Shown: piece after piece, positions 39,561 through 51,288 of the stretch | How the letters are laid out: the number at the start of each line of letters is the position of its first letter | Position numbering within the stretch: the stretch's first letter is position 1 | Origin: Cetorhinus maximus | Taxonomy: Eukaryota | Assembly: GCF_964194155.1 (NCBI RefSeq) | Contig: NC_135898.1 | Span: forward strand, 47,554,001-47,618,000 | Direction: 5' to 3' | Length of the DNA: 64,000 nucleotides | The notes under the pieces: model-generated | The model's database searches: none | The model's input: only the letters and a program-made list of their open reading frames with translations | What the model was told of the DNA's origin: nothing | Made by a program: the position numbers and the translations under genes

Positions 39561-40144
39561 CTGTAGTCTCTTTCTTGTACCTCTTGGCTTCTTTCTGGAA
39601 TATGACATTCCTGAGTCTTCTCTGCCAATTGCTTCTTCAGTTCTTTCAAGGCCACAACTTCTTTGAGTGTATTTTTTCCTGCTGTTGTGCCTGGTTGTAT
39701 TTTTGGTTGCTTTTCCCAACTCCCACTTAGAATTGCTAAAAATGGAACTCAGAGTTGTTATTCCCTCCTGGTACCTTTGTGACACCTCAGAAAATTGTTT
39801 GTTCAGATCTCAGACATTTTGGTTCATTAAATACTTTAATTTATTGTGCCTTTTCAAAGATATATACGCAGCTTGAATTTTGTGTTTCAAATCTTCCAAT
39901 TCAGCTTTGATGCAAACATTTTCCACCTTATTTCATTTTCCTTTTGCAGGGTTTGTATATTTTTAATTTCATCAGATAGCTTTCCTTCATTCACACTCAG
40001 CTGTTCACTCTGCATTGCCTTCTGCTGTTGCAATTCAGGAAATGTGTCGGGGTTTCCAAAAATATATATTTTTAGGGCTTCCAGAAAGTTCTTTGCCTCT
40101 TTGGTGCCCTTGTGTGGCTTACTCGAATAATGTCTTTTACTCTT

Positions 40145-40420
40145 TCATAGCTTTACTGGTGGTTTTCTATCCCTCTTCTTAATCTCTGTGCCCCTCATAA
40201 CTTGAAAATCAAAATATTCATCAAAGGTTTTTAATATTTCACCGAAGCTGGTTAAGGATTCATTAATGTCTTGCATTAGGATTACTTTATCTGCAAATTC
40301 ACCAAACCAGTATGAAAATATATTAATCTGGGCTTTTCCTGAATTTCTACTTAGACATGATGTACTCTGGTGGCTTAGAAATTCTCTTCTCAAGGACACT
40401 AAATTTTCCCATTAGGTTTG
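40145..40420 (-). pseudogene. Gypsy gag N-terminal remnant
   Basis: LRREFLSHQSTSCLSRNSGKAQINIFSYWFGEFADKVILMQDINESLTSFGEILKTFDEYF fits the W..W..RF....SGL......QV..L.Y..G..ADD.....F..V...FD.YF pattern of Mag-type gag N-termini. Confidence 0.55.
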
Positions 40421-41004
40421 GCCCTTGGAGGAGTCCAAATTGTTGCGGATGAGTGGAATTCTGATCCCTGGTTAAATTTTTAAAATTGCAGATTCTTCTT
40501 TAAGAGCTTTCTGAATTTCAAGATGTCGTCGCCATTCACCTGGAGAGAGAGATTTCCCGCACTTGCTGATTTCGGTGGGCTCCGCTATAATGGCAATCAT
40601 GCTCACCTTGGAAAAGTAAATTCTCAACAGTGGCTGCCCGGGACAGCTACCTACAAAACTCTATTGTTCAGCATTTATGCTTAAAGTTGTAAATTTGTTG
40701 AATCCTGGCTGTAGCTTGCCTTTAGCTGTGTTTAAAAAGGCGTGATTCTCCCAGAGTATTCAATTAAAATTTATAAATCTTTCTGGAGCAAGCTTGGACA
40801 CCCCATGTTAAAGGTGCCGACTTGGGGATTGGGATTTTTGCAATGACTTTTTTTCAAACCGCATTTCTGACTCTGAAATTTTTAACGATTTCTCAGGACT
40901 TGCTGTTGCCTGGAATTTTAAAAGATTCAGGTCACCCTTGCTAGGTTCTGCTGACTCTGCACTCTGGGATTTCCGGCTGGACTTCCAATTGAAGATGCAA
41001 TGGA

Positions 41005-41100
41005 AACAAAAACAGAAATACCTGGAAAAACTCAGCAGGTCTGACAGCGTCGGCGGAGCAGAGTAAAGTTGACATTTCGAGTCCTCATGACCCTTCAACA
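41005..41100 (-). mobile_element. Penelope-like element terminal-repeat fragment with 14-bp TSD
   Basis: TSD GAAGATGCAATGGA at 40991-41004 and 41101-41114. Insert reads tgttgaagggtcatgaggactcgaaatgtcaac...cagacctgctgagtttttccagg...tttttgtt. Confidence 0.7.
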
Positions 41101-41320
41101 GAAGATGCAATGGAGTCTTCTGCTGCAGTAAGGAATTTTAAATCTCTGCCTTCAGCTTCCAAACTTTAGTTTGGAGACTTTTCTTGGCAATTTTTCCTCT
41201 GTGTCTGTGCTTCAAGAGCGTCTTTTCATATCAGAATACTTGGCTGAATTTCTCAGCCTTCCAGCATTTTAGCTTTTCTCTGCAGTTCCTGCAAGGTTTT
41301 TTTTTTACAAGCTACTGCCA

Positions 41321-41594
41321 TGTTGTAGGGTGTTGGTTACATTTTGGTAGATCTGAAGAAGTCTTCGTAGTAATATGTAGGCTAACCGTAAATCTCTATT
41401 CACTCTTAGAGCTATTTACACATATACAATAAAGGGTACAGGCTAGGAGCTGCCTCCATGCTTGCTGGTCCACATGGCTCTGTCCAACACTCAAATGACC
41501 CTGGGTGCGGATTCTGTGCTCTCTTAAACACCATATGGACGTTACTGTACTCAGTCCCACATTAACCCTATATGTGCCAGACCCTTACACTACA
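41321..41594 (-). repeat. 5' LTR
   Basis: Direct repeat of 36185-36453, followed on the minus strand by a TGG-starting PBS. Confidence 0.88.
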
Positions 41595-42083
41595 CCTACT
41601 TGCTTGGCCCCTCAAAATCATTTTAAACCTACCCCTCCGAGGGCACCATCATGTTGAGATGCCCTCTCGATCTTTGACCTGCCTCAGCATCACCTTCTGA
41701 TTGGACCGGCAGCATCGGGAGTCCACCAGCCATCCTTAATTGGACAACAAGCTCAGAAGTGGCCAACTAGGAGGGTATCTCCGAGATTATCCCTGCGGTA
41801 GTCTCGTTGTCTGCAAAAGTAGGCTCGGGACTGCCATTTGGTCCAGACATCAAAGTCCCAAAGCCACAGGAAAATTCAGCCCAATGAGTCAAATTTAGGC
41901 CATGGACAACTATTTGTTTAAGGAAACGTCAGACTTCTGTAGGCCTCAGCTGGTAACATTCCTGTTCATCCCACATCTCAACTGAAGAATGTTTTGATAC
42001 CCAAAAAAATGCATACAAAATGAATTAGGGGGTTTACGTGCAACTTATCATCTCAACTATCTGAAAATGTCATCACTAAACTC

Positions 42084-43176
42084 CTGGTAGATCGATAAAC
42101 AGATTAAGTATTTAGACCACAGCACTTGAACCAAGGCATGAGAATAAATTTCTAGACATAAGTGCATACTGAGGTCAAATAACAGAACCAACTGGGACTT
42201 GGCCAAACTGGGTTAGGCCCAGAATCAACTGTTGCATTTATAAATTATAGTCATTACAACACAGGAGGCCATTCGACCTATCGAGTGCATGCCAGTACTC
42301 TGTACAGCAATCCATTTGGTCCCATTACCTCATTCTATTACTGTAGCCCTGCAAGTTTATTTCCTTCAAGTGCCTATCCAACTTTCTTTTGAAATCATTG
42401 ATCATCTCCACTTCCACCACCTCGTAGGCAGAGTGTTCCGGGCCATTACCACTCGCTGTGAAAAATGTTCTTCCACACATCTCCCCTGTAACTCTTGCAG
42501 AAAGCCTTACATCTGTGTCTACTAGTCCTTGTACCATCAGCTAATGGGAACAGCTTTTCTTTGTCTACCTCATTTAAACCTGTACACCACTATCAGATCA
42601 CCCCTCAACATCCTTTGCTCCAGGGAGAATAACACCAACTTGTCCAACCTAACCTTGTTGCTAAATTCTCTCAGTCCTGGAACCATTCTGGTAAATCTCA
42701 GGTGTGGTGACCATAAATGGGCTCTGGTTTTGGTCTAACCAGAGCTTTATAAAGGTTCAGTATAACTTCCTTGTTTTTGTACTCAATTTATTTGTGAAAC
42801 CCAACATCCCAAATGCTTTGTTAAGTACTCTCTCAATATGTTCTGCCATTTTCAAATCTTTATGCACATGAACTGCCGGGTCCCTCCATTTCTGCATACT
42901 CAAATGCATGATTAAATCTATATTGCTGGTGCCAAAATCCAGCACCTCACACTTCACCGTATTCAATTATATCTGCCATTCTAATAGCCTATGTCCTGTG
43001 TTGGAATGACTATCATTTATAAATGCAACATTTGATTCTGGGCCTAACCCAGTTTGGCCAAGTCCCAGCCGGTTCTGTTATTTGACCTCAGTGTGCACTT
43101 ATGTTTAGAAATTTATTCTCATGCCTTGGTTCAAGTGCTGTGGTCTAAATACTTGGTCTGTTTATCGATCCACCAG
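42084..43176. repeat. Inverted duplication: 183-bp arms (42084-42266, 42994-43176), 727-bp spacer
   Basis: The arms are reverse complements with about 10 mismatches by manual count. Confidence 0.92.
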
Positions 43177-46100
43177 TTATCCAATTTTTATCATCCTCAC
43201 TGCCACTCCTCCAAGTTTGGTACCATCAGCAAATTTTGAAGTTTTACTCTATAGTCCAATACCAAATATACGAAAAATATCAGTGGTCCTAGCACTGACC
43301 TTTGGGGAACTCCACAATCTACCATCCTCCAGTCTGAAAAACCATTTACCATGACTTTTCTGTCCTTAAGCCAATTTTTAAAATCCAAGCTGACACTGAC
43401 CATTCTATTCCATGAATGTCAATTTTGTCAACCAGCCTTTTATGTGGTACTTTGTCAAATGCTTTCTTAAAATTCGCAAATAGACAACAGCCACTGAATT
43501 TTCTTCATCAAACTTCTGTATTACTTCATCAGATAACTTAGTTAGATTAATCAAACACCATTTGCCTTTTATAAATCCATGCTGATTCTTTTTAACTCAA
43601 ACCTCTCCAAGGGCTTGTTAATTTTTCCTTTATTATTGTTTCTATAACCTTACTCGCCACTGATGTTAAACGGACTGGCCTGTGGTTACTAGGGCTATCC
43701 TTACACCCTTTCTTGAACAAGGGTGTCACATTTGCCACTTTCCAATGCACTGGCACCTCCTCTGTATCTAGGGAATGTTTGGAAGATTATAGCAAGATCT
43801 TTTGCTATCTCCATCCACGATTCCTTTAGCAATCTGGGAGGCAAACCATCTAGGTCAGGTGACTTATCTACTCTAAGCATAGCCAGCCTTTCCTGCACAT
43901 CCTGCCTACTAATTTTCACCTTATCCATTACATCTACCATCTTCTCTTCTACCGATGCTTTGTCAGCATCCCGTTCCTTAGTAAATATCAATACGAAGTA
44001 TTTAAGTGCTCTACCCTTGCCTTGCGCCTCTAAGCATATGTCACTTTCTTTGTCCCTAATAGACCACACTCAACTTCTTGCTACCCACTTACTATTTACA
44101 TGCCGATGGAAGATTTTTGGATTACCTTGATGTTAACTGCCATTCTATTCTCATATTCTATCTTTACCAGTCTTATGTTCCTCTTCACTTCCCCTCTCAA
44201 CCTATTATATTTGGCCTGACATGCATCATACTTAAACTTTTTTTTATTTCATCATATTCTCCATCTCCCTAATCATCCAAGGAGCCCTGGATTTGGTTCC
44301 ATTTCCTTTCTCTCTTGTTGAAATATACCCAAACTGAACTAAAATATCTCTTCTTTTCAGATGACCAATTGCACCATTACAGTTTCTCCTGTCAAACTTT
44401 GGTTCCATTTTACCCTGGCTAAATTCCCTCTCATCCCATTGAAGTCAGCCCTCTTCCAATTTAGAAATTCTACTTTAGAGTGTTCCTTGCTCGTTGCCAG
44501 CACTGATCTAAATCTTATGATATGGTAACTATTCTTACCCAAGTGTTCTCCCACAGACTTGGCCCACCTCATTCCCCAGCATCAGATCTAGCAATGCCTC
44601 CTTTCTAGTTGGAGGGAGAACATATGGTTAAGGAACTTCTGAACACATTTCAAGAATTCCTCCCCTTCCTTGCCCTTTAGTCTAACATTAACCCAATCGA
44701 TATTTAGGTAATTAAAATGCCTCAATATCATCATTCTATAGTTCTTTTGCACTTCTCTCCGATTTCCCTGCAGATTTACTCTTCTATCTCTCTCACTATG
44801 GAAGCCTACAGAATACCTGTAGTAGTATGATCTTTTGTGATCTTATCCTTTAAGTTTCTCAACTGTAACCAAATAGATTCTGTCCTTGCCTCTCAAGGAT
44901 ATCCTCTCCTTCCAACATGACAATATTTTTCCTAATCTGTACTGCTCCACCAGCTTACTTTTTTGCTTCCCAATCCTTTCTGAACAGTTTGCATCCATGT
45001 ACATTAAGTGCCCAATCCTCACCATTTTTAAGCCACATTATTATTGCTGCATCATATTCCCAGATGGCTATCTGCACTAGTAACTCACCAACTTTATTCA
45101 GCACATTCTGTGCATTTACATACATACATTCTAAACCCGTCTTTGTATTCCTCATAATCCTTCTTAGTCCACTCCTATCTAATGTGGTACTACTTCCTTT
45201 TCTAGTACTGTCCAATATTCGTACTCCTTTATGCAACTTATTCCTCTTTTCTTCTCCTTTATGCTGGTGACCACCCTCTCCCAATTTAATTTAAATCCTC
45301 CCTAACACCAGTGAACTTCCCGACGAGGACATTGGTCCCAGTCCTGTTGAGATGCAACCTGTCCTTTTTGAATAGGCGCCTTCTGTCCCAGAACTGGTCC
45401 CAGTGTCCGAAGAATCTGAAGCCCTCCCTCTTGCACCATGCCTCAAGCCCCACATTGATCCTCCCCATTTTCCTATTTCTACTCTCGCTTGTGTGCGGCA
45501 CTTGAAGAAATCCATAGATTATGATGCTCGAAGTCCTACTTTTCAACTTCATCCCTAGCTTCTGGGTGTCTGATCTGCTCTCTCGATGTTGTTAGTACTA
45601 TTGTGTACTACAGCTTTGGGCTCACTCCCTTCCCCAAGTAGAACATTCAGCAGCTTCTCTGTGATGTCCTTTACCCGGTACCAAGGAGGAAACGCACCAT
45701 ACAGAAACATCTGTCTGTCACCCTAACTATGAAATCTCCTATCATGACTACATTCCTATGCTTTGCTGTTCCCCACACCCTGTACAGTCTCTATTGGTAC
45801 CATGGTCTGGACTGCACTTCTTCAAGATGTCATCACTCCCAGCAGCAAAGTTGAATACCAGTTTCAGAGTGGCACACAACCCAAGGACTCTTTCACTTCA
45901 TGCCTCTTCATACTCCTCTAGTGGCCACTCAGCTGTTACCCTGAACTTTCTCTGCCTGTGAAGTGGCTACCTCCTGGAACATATGATCCAGGAAACACTC
46001 AGCCTCCTAATGCTCCACAGTGACTCCAGCAGCCTGTCAAGCAGGGAAACCCTGGACTCGAGCAGAAGCAGCTGGAGACGCCTCCTACACAAATGGTTCC

Positions 46101-46200
46101 ACAAGACACATAAGGAGTCCTGAAGTTCCCACATGGCACAGGAATTGCAAGCAACAGGTCTCAGCTGCCCATCCATGTTTAAGGTTAGAGTTCAGTTCAA
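42245..46200 (-). mobile_element. Near full-length degraded CR1 LINE (ORF1 zinc finger/leucine zipper plus esterase; ORF2 APE plus RT)
   Basis: ORF1 start VACNSCAMWEL..LQLLLLESRVSLL (46176). Esterase WCKREGFRFFGHW..FKKDRLHLNRTGT (about 45290-45450). APE CMYVNAQNVLNKVGEL. RT DKSPDLDGLPPRLLKE and GVPQRSVLGP. Tail near 42245. Confidence 0.92.
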
Positions 46201-46679
46201 TGCTAAATGCAAATCTGGACTCAATTTTAGGAAGAGATTAGCCTTTAAAATTCCCTCACTCACCGAATTCCTTAATTACACTGTCGAAGAGGTATTCCAT
46301 AGAATAGGATGTGTGTACTGGCTCTCAATGAAGAAAATTGAATAGTAAAATGTAAATCTATGCCCACAATTCCTTTCTGATCAACGACAGGTCCCAGGTG
46401 TCAGCTGATACCCTGCAATAATTGAATGGACGTTCAGTTGGCAAGTCAGTCCAAACTGCTAGAAAGTGGAGTGTGTGTGGTATTTGCAGGGCCCTCTGAG
46501 CAGGGCAGCTGCCTATTCCTTCAATCATAAACCGGTGAATAGTAACAGAGAAATCAGCAAAGTGGCGGGTAAATGCAAAAGGAAAAGCAGAGGGACATCT
46601 CAGGCAAGCTCACCATTTCCCCAGATAAATCTTTTAAAGAAGAAGAAAAAAAGATTGTATATGATGACATCTCAGAAAA

Positions 46680-47005
46680 GTCCTAAAGTTCTCCACATAC
46701 AATGAATTACTTTGAAATAAAATAGCTATTGTTATGAACACAAATGCCCCAGCCATCTTTTTAACAGCAAACAAACAGCAATAAGAATGAGCAGTTAACC
46801 TGTGGGAGGAGAATATCGAGGACAAAAACAGAAAACACCCTGCTTTCCTTTGAATAGGGCCATGGCATCTTTAGCTGTCTAAATGACCAGACAGGGTCTC
46901 GTTTAATGAATCATCTACAAGGCAGCACCACAGATATTGCAGCTCTATCCCAGTACTGCACTGGAGTTTCAACCGAGGTTATTTGTTCAAAAGCCTCTGC
47001 CCTAG
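46680..47005 (-). mobile_element. Deu-like SINE
   Basis: Reverse complement of the core gatgattcattaaacgagaccctgtctg...taaaagatgccatggccctattcaaagg. Confidence 0.65.
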
Positions 47006-47689
47006 AAGTTGCTGAGAAGCTCTGTCAGATGAAGCCTGCCCACGCCGCAGGAAATGCATAAAATGCTGACAAAAGTGGAACTTTGATCAGTGCAAAGTTG
47101 TTAGACTAGACAACGTGCAAATAAACATCTCATTAGAGGAAGTTTGGGACAGGAAGTCATTATCAAAAAGGTTGTAATGGGCAGAAAACCTTGGGGAAAA
47201 TTATGAAGTAAGATGGGTGGCATGCCTAAAGTTTGTGCCAATTGCATGTGCGGGTTAAAGTTCTTTAGAGCATCAAACAGTGGTTTGTGTCTGGAATCTT
47301 CCCACAACACCGTCTTCCAGCTGTGTCACATTGGGGTCATGCTTTTCATTCCCCCACAGATATGGAAGCAAATTTCAAAAGGAACAGTAATTACTGGCTA
47401 GTACTCTCCCTCGTTTCCCTCGCAGCCTGCAATTGGTGCTTTCCTTGGGTGAGCAGAAAAAGTGTGCATAGGAAACATTAGGGTTAGATGCAGATTGTAG
47501 ATTCCTGTAGGCATTTTAACAACAGTGCAAGAAGACATAGTGGAGGAGGGGAAAGAAGTGCTGAGGAACCAATTGCCACAGTTATCTAAATTAGTATCAA
47601 CTGCATCACTGACTCTTACATATTTTTTACAATAACAAACTATTTATTTAATTAGTATAGAAAAACAATAGCCACTGCTGACACCTAGA

Positions 47690-48713
47690 GGCTAGGTTTT
47701 CCCCTTTGGGGCGGGAATCGCTAGTTGGGTCAATTCCTGAGGTTGCATTCTCACCCACTATTCACCTTAACACTCACCATATTTTCACCCCGAGTGCAGG
47801 ATGGAGGGGTGGATGGGTCTGGAGTCAGGGCTGCCACCTCCTGAAGCAGGCATGAGGTGCAAATAGAGGCTGGCATCTACCAAGGTGGGAAGATTAGAAG
47901 ACCAAGGACTGGCCTCTGTTCACTGGGACATCGGCCTAGTTCTGTACACGGGTGTTAGTCACCCTAGCCCTCATCCTTCACCTCCCCTCACTCAACCCCT
48001 TATACCCCTGCATGTTTCCCCCCATACATCCTCCTTACCTCCATGCTCATTCACCCACTATCCACCATGGACAGAAATCATGATAAAAACACTGGAAAAT
48101 CGTTAAGATGCTCAAGAAACTATAAAGCAACCATTCAAAAACCTCTTCAAAAAACGTTAATCCTCTTAGGAGCTCATTAAACTGTCAAACACACAGCCTT
48201 CAACATCAATTTGAAAAAGTACGCATAAAACTATCAAAATAAACAATCATTCAAAAACCTCTCCAAAAACTTTTAATTCTATTAACTGCTCATAAACTGT
48301 CAATCAAAACAAAGTTCACCATCCCCTTGACAGCTGCATCAACAATCACTGCTGAGCTAGATCCATTAGTGAGTTTAGAGCTCAGCCAAGCATTCATAAG
48401 GGGATTCCATTGCACAATAGTTAAAAAACACTGCTAAATTTAATCCATTAGTGGGGCTTAGAGCTCAACCAAGCATTCATAATAGCATTCCAAAGCACAG
48501 TTGCATCAACAAGGCCTCTAGAGCTAAATACAAAGACAGGTTTGTGAGTTGATCTAAATTTTGTTCTCCGTCCAACTGCATTTCCACACCAACCCTCGAC
48601 CACCACTGCCAAACACACCCCCCCCCACCCCACCCTCATCCACCTGAAGCCAATAATTGAGGAGACTCTAGAATTCACTCAACTATTTATTCTGTGCATA
48701 GAAGGGAAATTCG
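47690..48713. mobile_element. About 1-kb Harbinger-like non-autonomous element with internal tandem duplications
   Basis: Same architecture as 29089-30082. Duplicated blocks at 48132/48248 (cattcaaaaacctct) and 48361/48444 (atccattagtg..tagagctca.ccaagcattcataa). Confidence 0.45.
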
Positions 48714-49883
48714 GAATTGAAGTACTGAAGACAAACTTACCATTTATTCACAAGCAGGTTCACATTAAACGAAACATTTTCACATGTTACAAACACCGTT
48801 ATTGTGTGTTATTTTAATATTACCTAGTATTCTCCTTTTAGTGGATTATATACCATGGCAATGAGAATTATATTGCAGCTGGAAAACGGGCTGTTGTTTT
48901 CAAATTATTACTGTAATTGGTGGAAAGGAAGATCATAAAAACAGGAACATCAAAATCACTAACCAGGAAAAAAATCACTCACTCAATCTCTTCACCCTTT
49001 AGAAACACACCTAATTACCTCTTAAATCCATTAAGGCTATCCAGTGAGCGTCCTTGGAAATTTATTCCACAACTTTATCATTAGCCTTTTGCATAAATGG
49101 TTCTTGGCTTTCTCGGAGGCTGGACACCCTCCAGTACCTTATCCACATGGCCACTCTTCAACTGTTAGTCCAGACAGACCCTCAACAAGCTATTTCCTCA
49201 CTGGTGGCTTCACAGTTGAGCCCAAACCAGTTCTCATCTAATGTCTATTCCGTGTTCTTTCCAGCAAGAGTCCCACTCCAGAAACATGAGAACAAAATCT
49301 AGGCTGGTATTCCAGTGCAGGGCGATGCTTGGCCCACCCACCATATTTTCACCCCACAGAGTCAGGTGTGGGCTGGAGTTTGGGCCACCACCTCATGGAG
49401 CATGGCAGAAGAGGAAGACGGGATGGGCAGTTTTGAAGGCCTGTTTCCATTAGCAGGGACATTGATCCAGTTCTGTAGATGAGTATGAGGTCCCTTAACT
49501 CTTACCTCCTACCCTCTTACCTACCCTTCACCCCCATGCCCCCTCTTAACTTACCCTGCCGCCAAGCAGGGGCCGGGCAACATAGGTCCCAGCATGTCCT
49601 GGAGTTTGCGTGCATCCGCGGATCTGATCCGGGCTGCGCATGTGGAGGCCACTGTTTGGACAAGGGCTCCAGTACGTTTGCATGAAAAAGAAAATGGAAC
49701 GTTAATACTGACCACGGGACCCGGGTTATCAAGAAAGGTAAGCCTACATGACCTGGGGCTGCTTAGTTGCAGAAGTAGTTGTTCTCAAGGCAGGAAAGCT
49801 GCTGCTGGCAAAAACTCCAGGTAGTCAGGGCGTGAGAAGACTGGGAGAGCTGAAAAGGCTATTGGCACTGTGCTGGAAGGAGT

Positions 49884-51008
49884 TAGGCCCATGGGGTCAA
49901 AGGCAAAATGGAATGTCGGATCCAAAACTGGCTGAGAGGCAGGAAGCAGAGGGCGATGGTGGAAGGATGTTTCTGTGACTGGAAGTCTGTTTCCAGTGGG
50001 GTTCCACAGGGCTCGGTGCTGGGGCCCTTGCTGTTTGTGGTGTACATAAATGATTTGGACTTAAATGTAGGGGATATGATCAAGAAGTTCGCGGATGATA
50101 TGAAAATTTGTAGGGTGGTAAATAGTGAGGAGGATAGCTGTAAACTGCAGGAGGATATCAATGGACTGGTCAGATGGGCAGTGCAGTGGCAAATGGAATT
50201 CAACCTGAGAAGCGTAAGGTAATACACTTGGGGAGGGCTAACAAAGCAAGGGATTACACCATGAATGGGAGGACTCTGGAAAGTACTGAAGATCAAAGGG
50301 ACCTGGGGGTGCATATCCACAGATCACTGAAGGTAGCAGGGCAGGTAGATAAGGTGGTTAAGACGGCATATAGGGTACTTGCTTTATTAGCTGATGCGTC
50401 GAATACAAGAGCAGGGAAGTTATGCTGGAACTACATAAAATGCTGATTAGGCCACAACTGGAGTGCTGCGTGCAGTTCTGGTCACCACATTATAGGAAGG
50501 ATGTGATTGCACTGGAGAGGTGCAGAGGTGATTTACCAGGATGCTGACTGGGCTGGAGGGTTTGAGCTATGAGGATAGATTGGCTAGACTGGGGTTGTTT
50601 TCCTTGGAACAGTGAAGGTTGAGAGGGCACCTGATAGAGGTGTATAAGATTCTAAGTGGCATAGAAAGGGTGGAGAGGAAGGCACTTTTTTTCCATTAGT
50701 GGAGGGTTCAATAACCAGGGGGCATAGATTTAAGGTAAGAGGTAGAAGGCTAAGAGGGGAGTTGAGAAGAAATTTTTTCGCCCAGAGGGTGATGGGAGTC
50801 TGGAAACCACTGCCTGAAAGGGTGGTTGAGTCAAAAACTCTTGTAGCATTTAAGAAGTATTTAGATATTCACTTACGTTGTCATAGCCTCCAGGGCTATG
50901 GGCCAAGTGCTGGAAAATGGGATTAGCGTAGTCAGATCTTTGTTGACTGGCGCAGACACGATGGGTCGAATGGCCTCCCTCTGTGCTGTAGACATCTATG
51001 AGTCTATA
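49884..51008 (+). mobile_element. 5'-truncated CR1 LINE, relatively young
   Basis: SGVPQGSVLGPLLFVVYINDLD...KFADDMKI...WQMEFN, with a complete 3' UTR and CTATGAGT tail repeats. Confidence 0.95.
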
Positions 51009-51288
51009 AGAAGTCCTGGGAATCATATATAGCTGGGTACAACCAAGAGACCCAGGACAGCGACAGCTTAGTGAAGCCAGCAGTCCAATAAAGGGGTGAA
51101 ATTATGGCAGTAAGTTAGAGGCTGGAGGGCGACTCAGGAATCCAGGGTAATGTAGTCTCAGGAGACGAGACTGAAACCCTGTGAGGTGAACAGTCATTGA
51201 GACAGTCTGAGCTGGAGAGACTTTTGGTGGGAATTGTGAGGTTAAATCTTCGAAGGTGAAGACTGGAATTTCCCACAAGGGAGACAGA

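Larger units (their letters stand above)
36185..41594 (-). mobile_element. Non-autonomous Gypsy-like LTR retrotransposon carrying a TPR-like insert
   Basis: Direct LTRs at 36185-36453 and 41321-41594 (minus strand TGTAGT...CAACA). PBS-like TGGCAGTAGC at 41320-41311. PPT TTGGGGGGAAG abuts the 3' LTR. Degenerate 5-bp TSD gctgc/cctac. Confidence 0.85.
35966..41882. mobile_element. Harbinger-like MITE (arms 35966-36184 and 41595-41882) split by the LTR element
   Basis: GGGCAATATT start and AAAATTCAGCCC end, with GC-rich arms on both sides of the LTR element. No TSD match. Confidence 0.4.

Noticed and set aside
48130-48500. CRISPR-like spaced repeats
   Set aside because: These are only two pairs of diverged duplications inside a eukaryotic MITE, with no regular repeat-spacer period.
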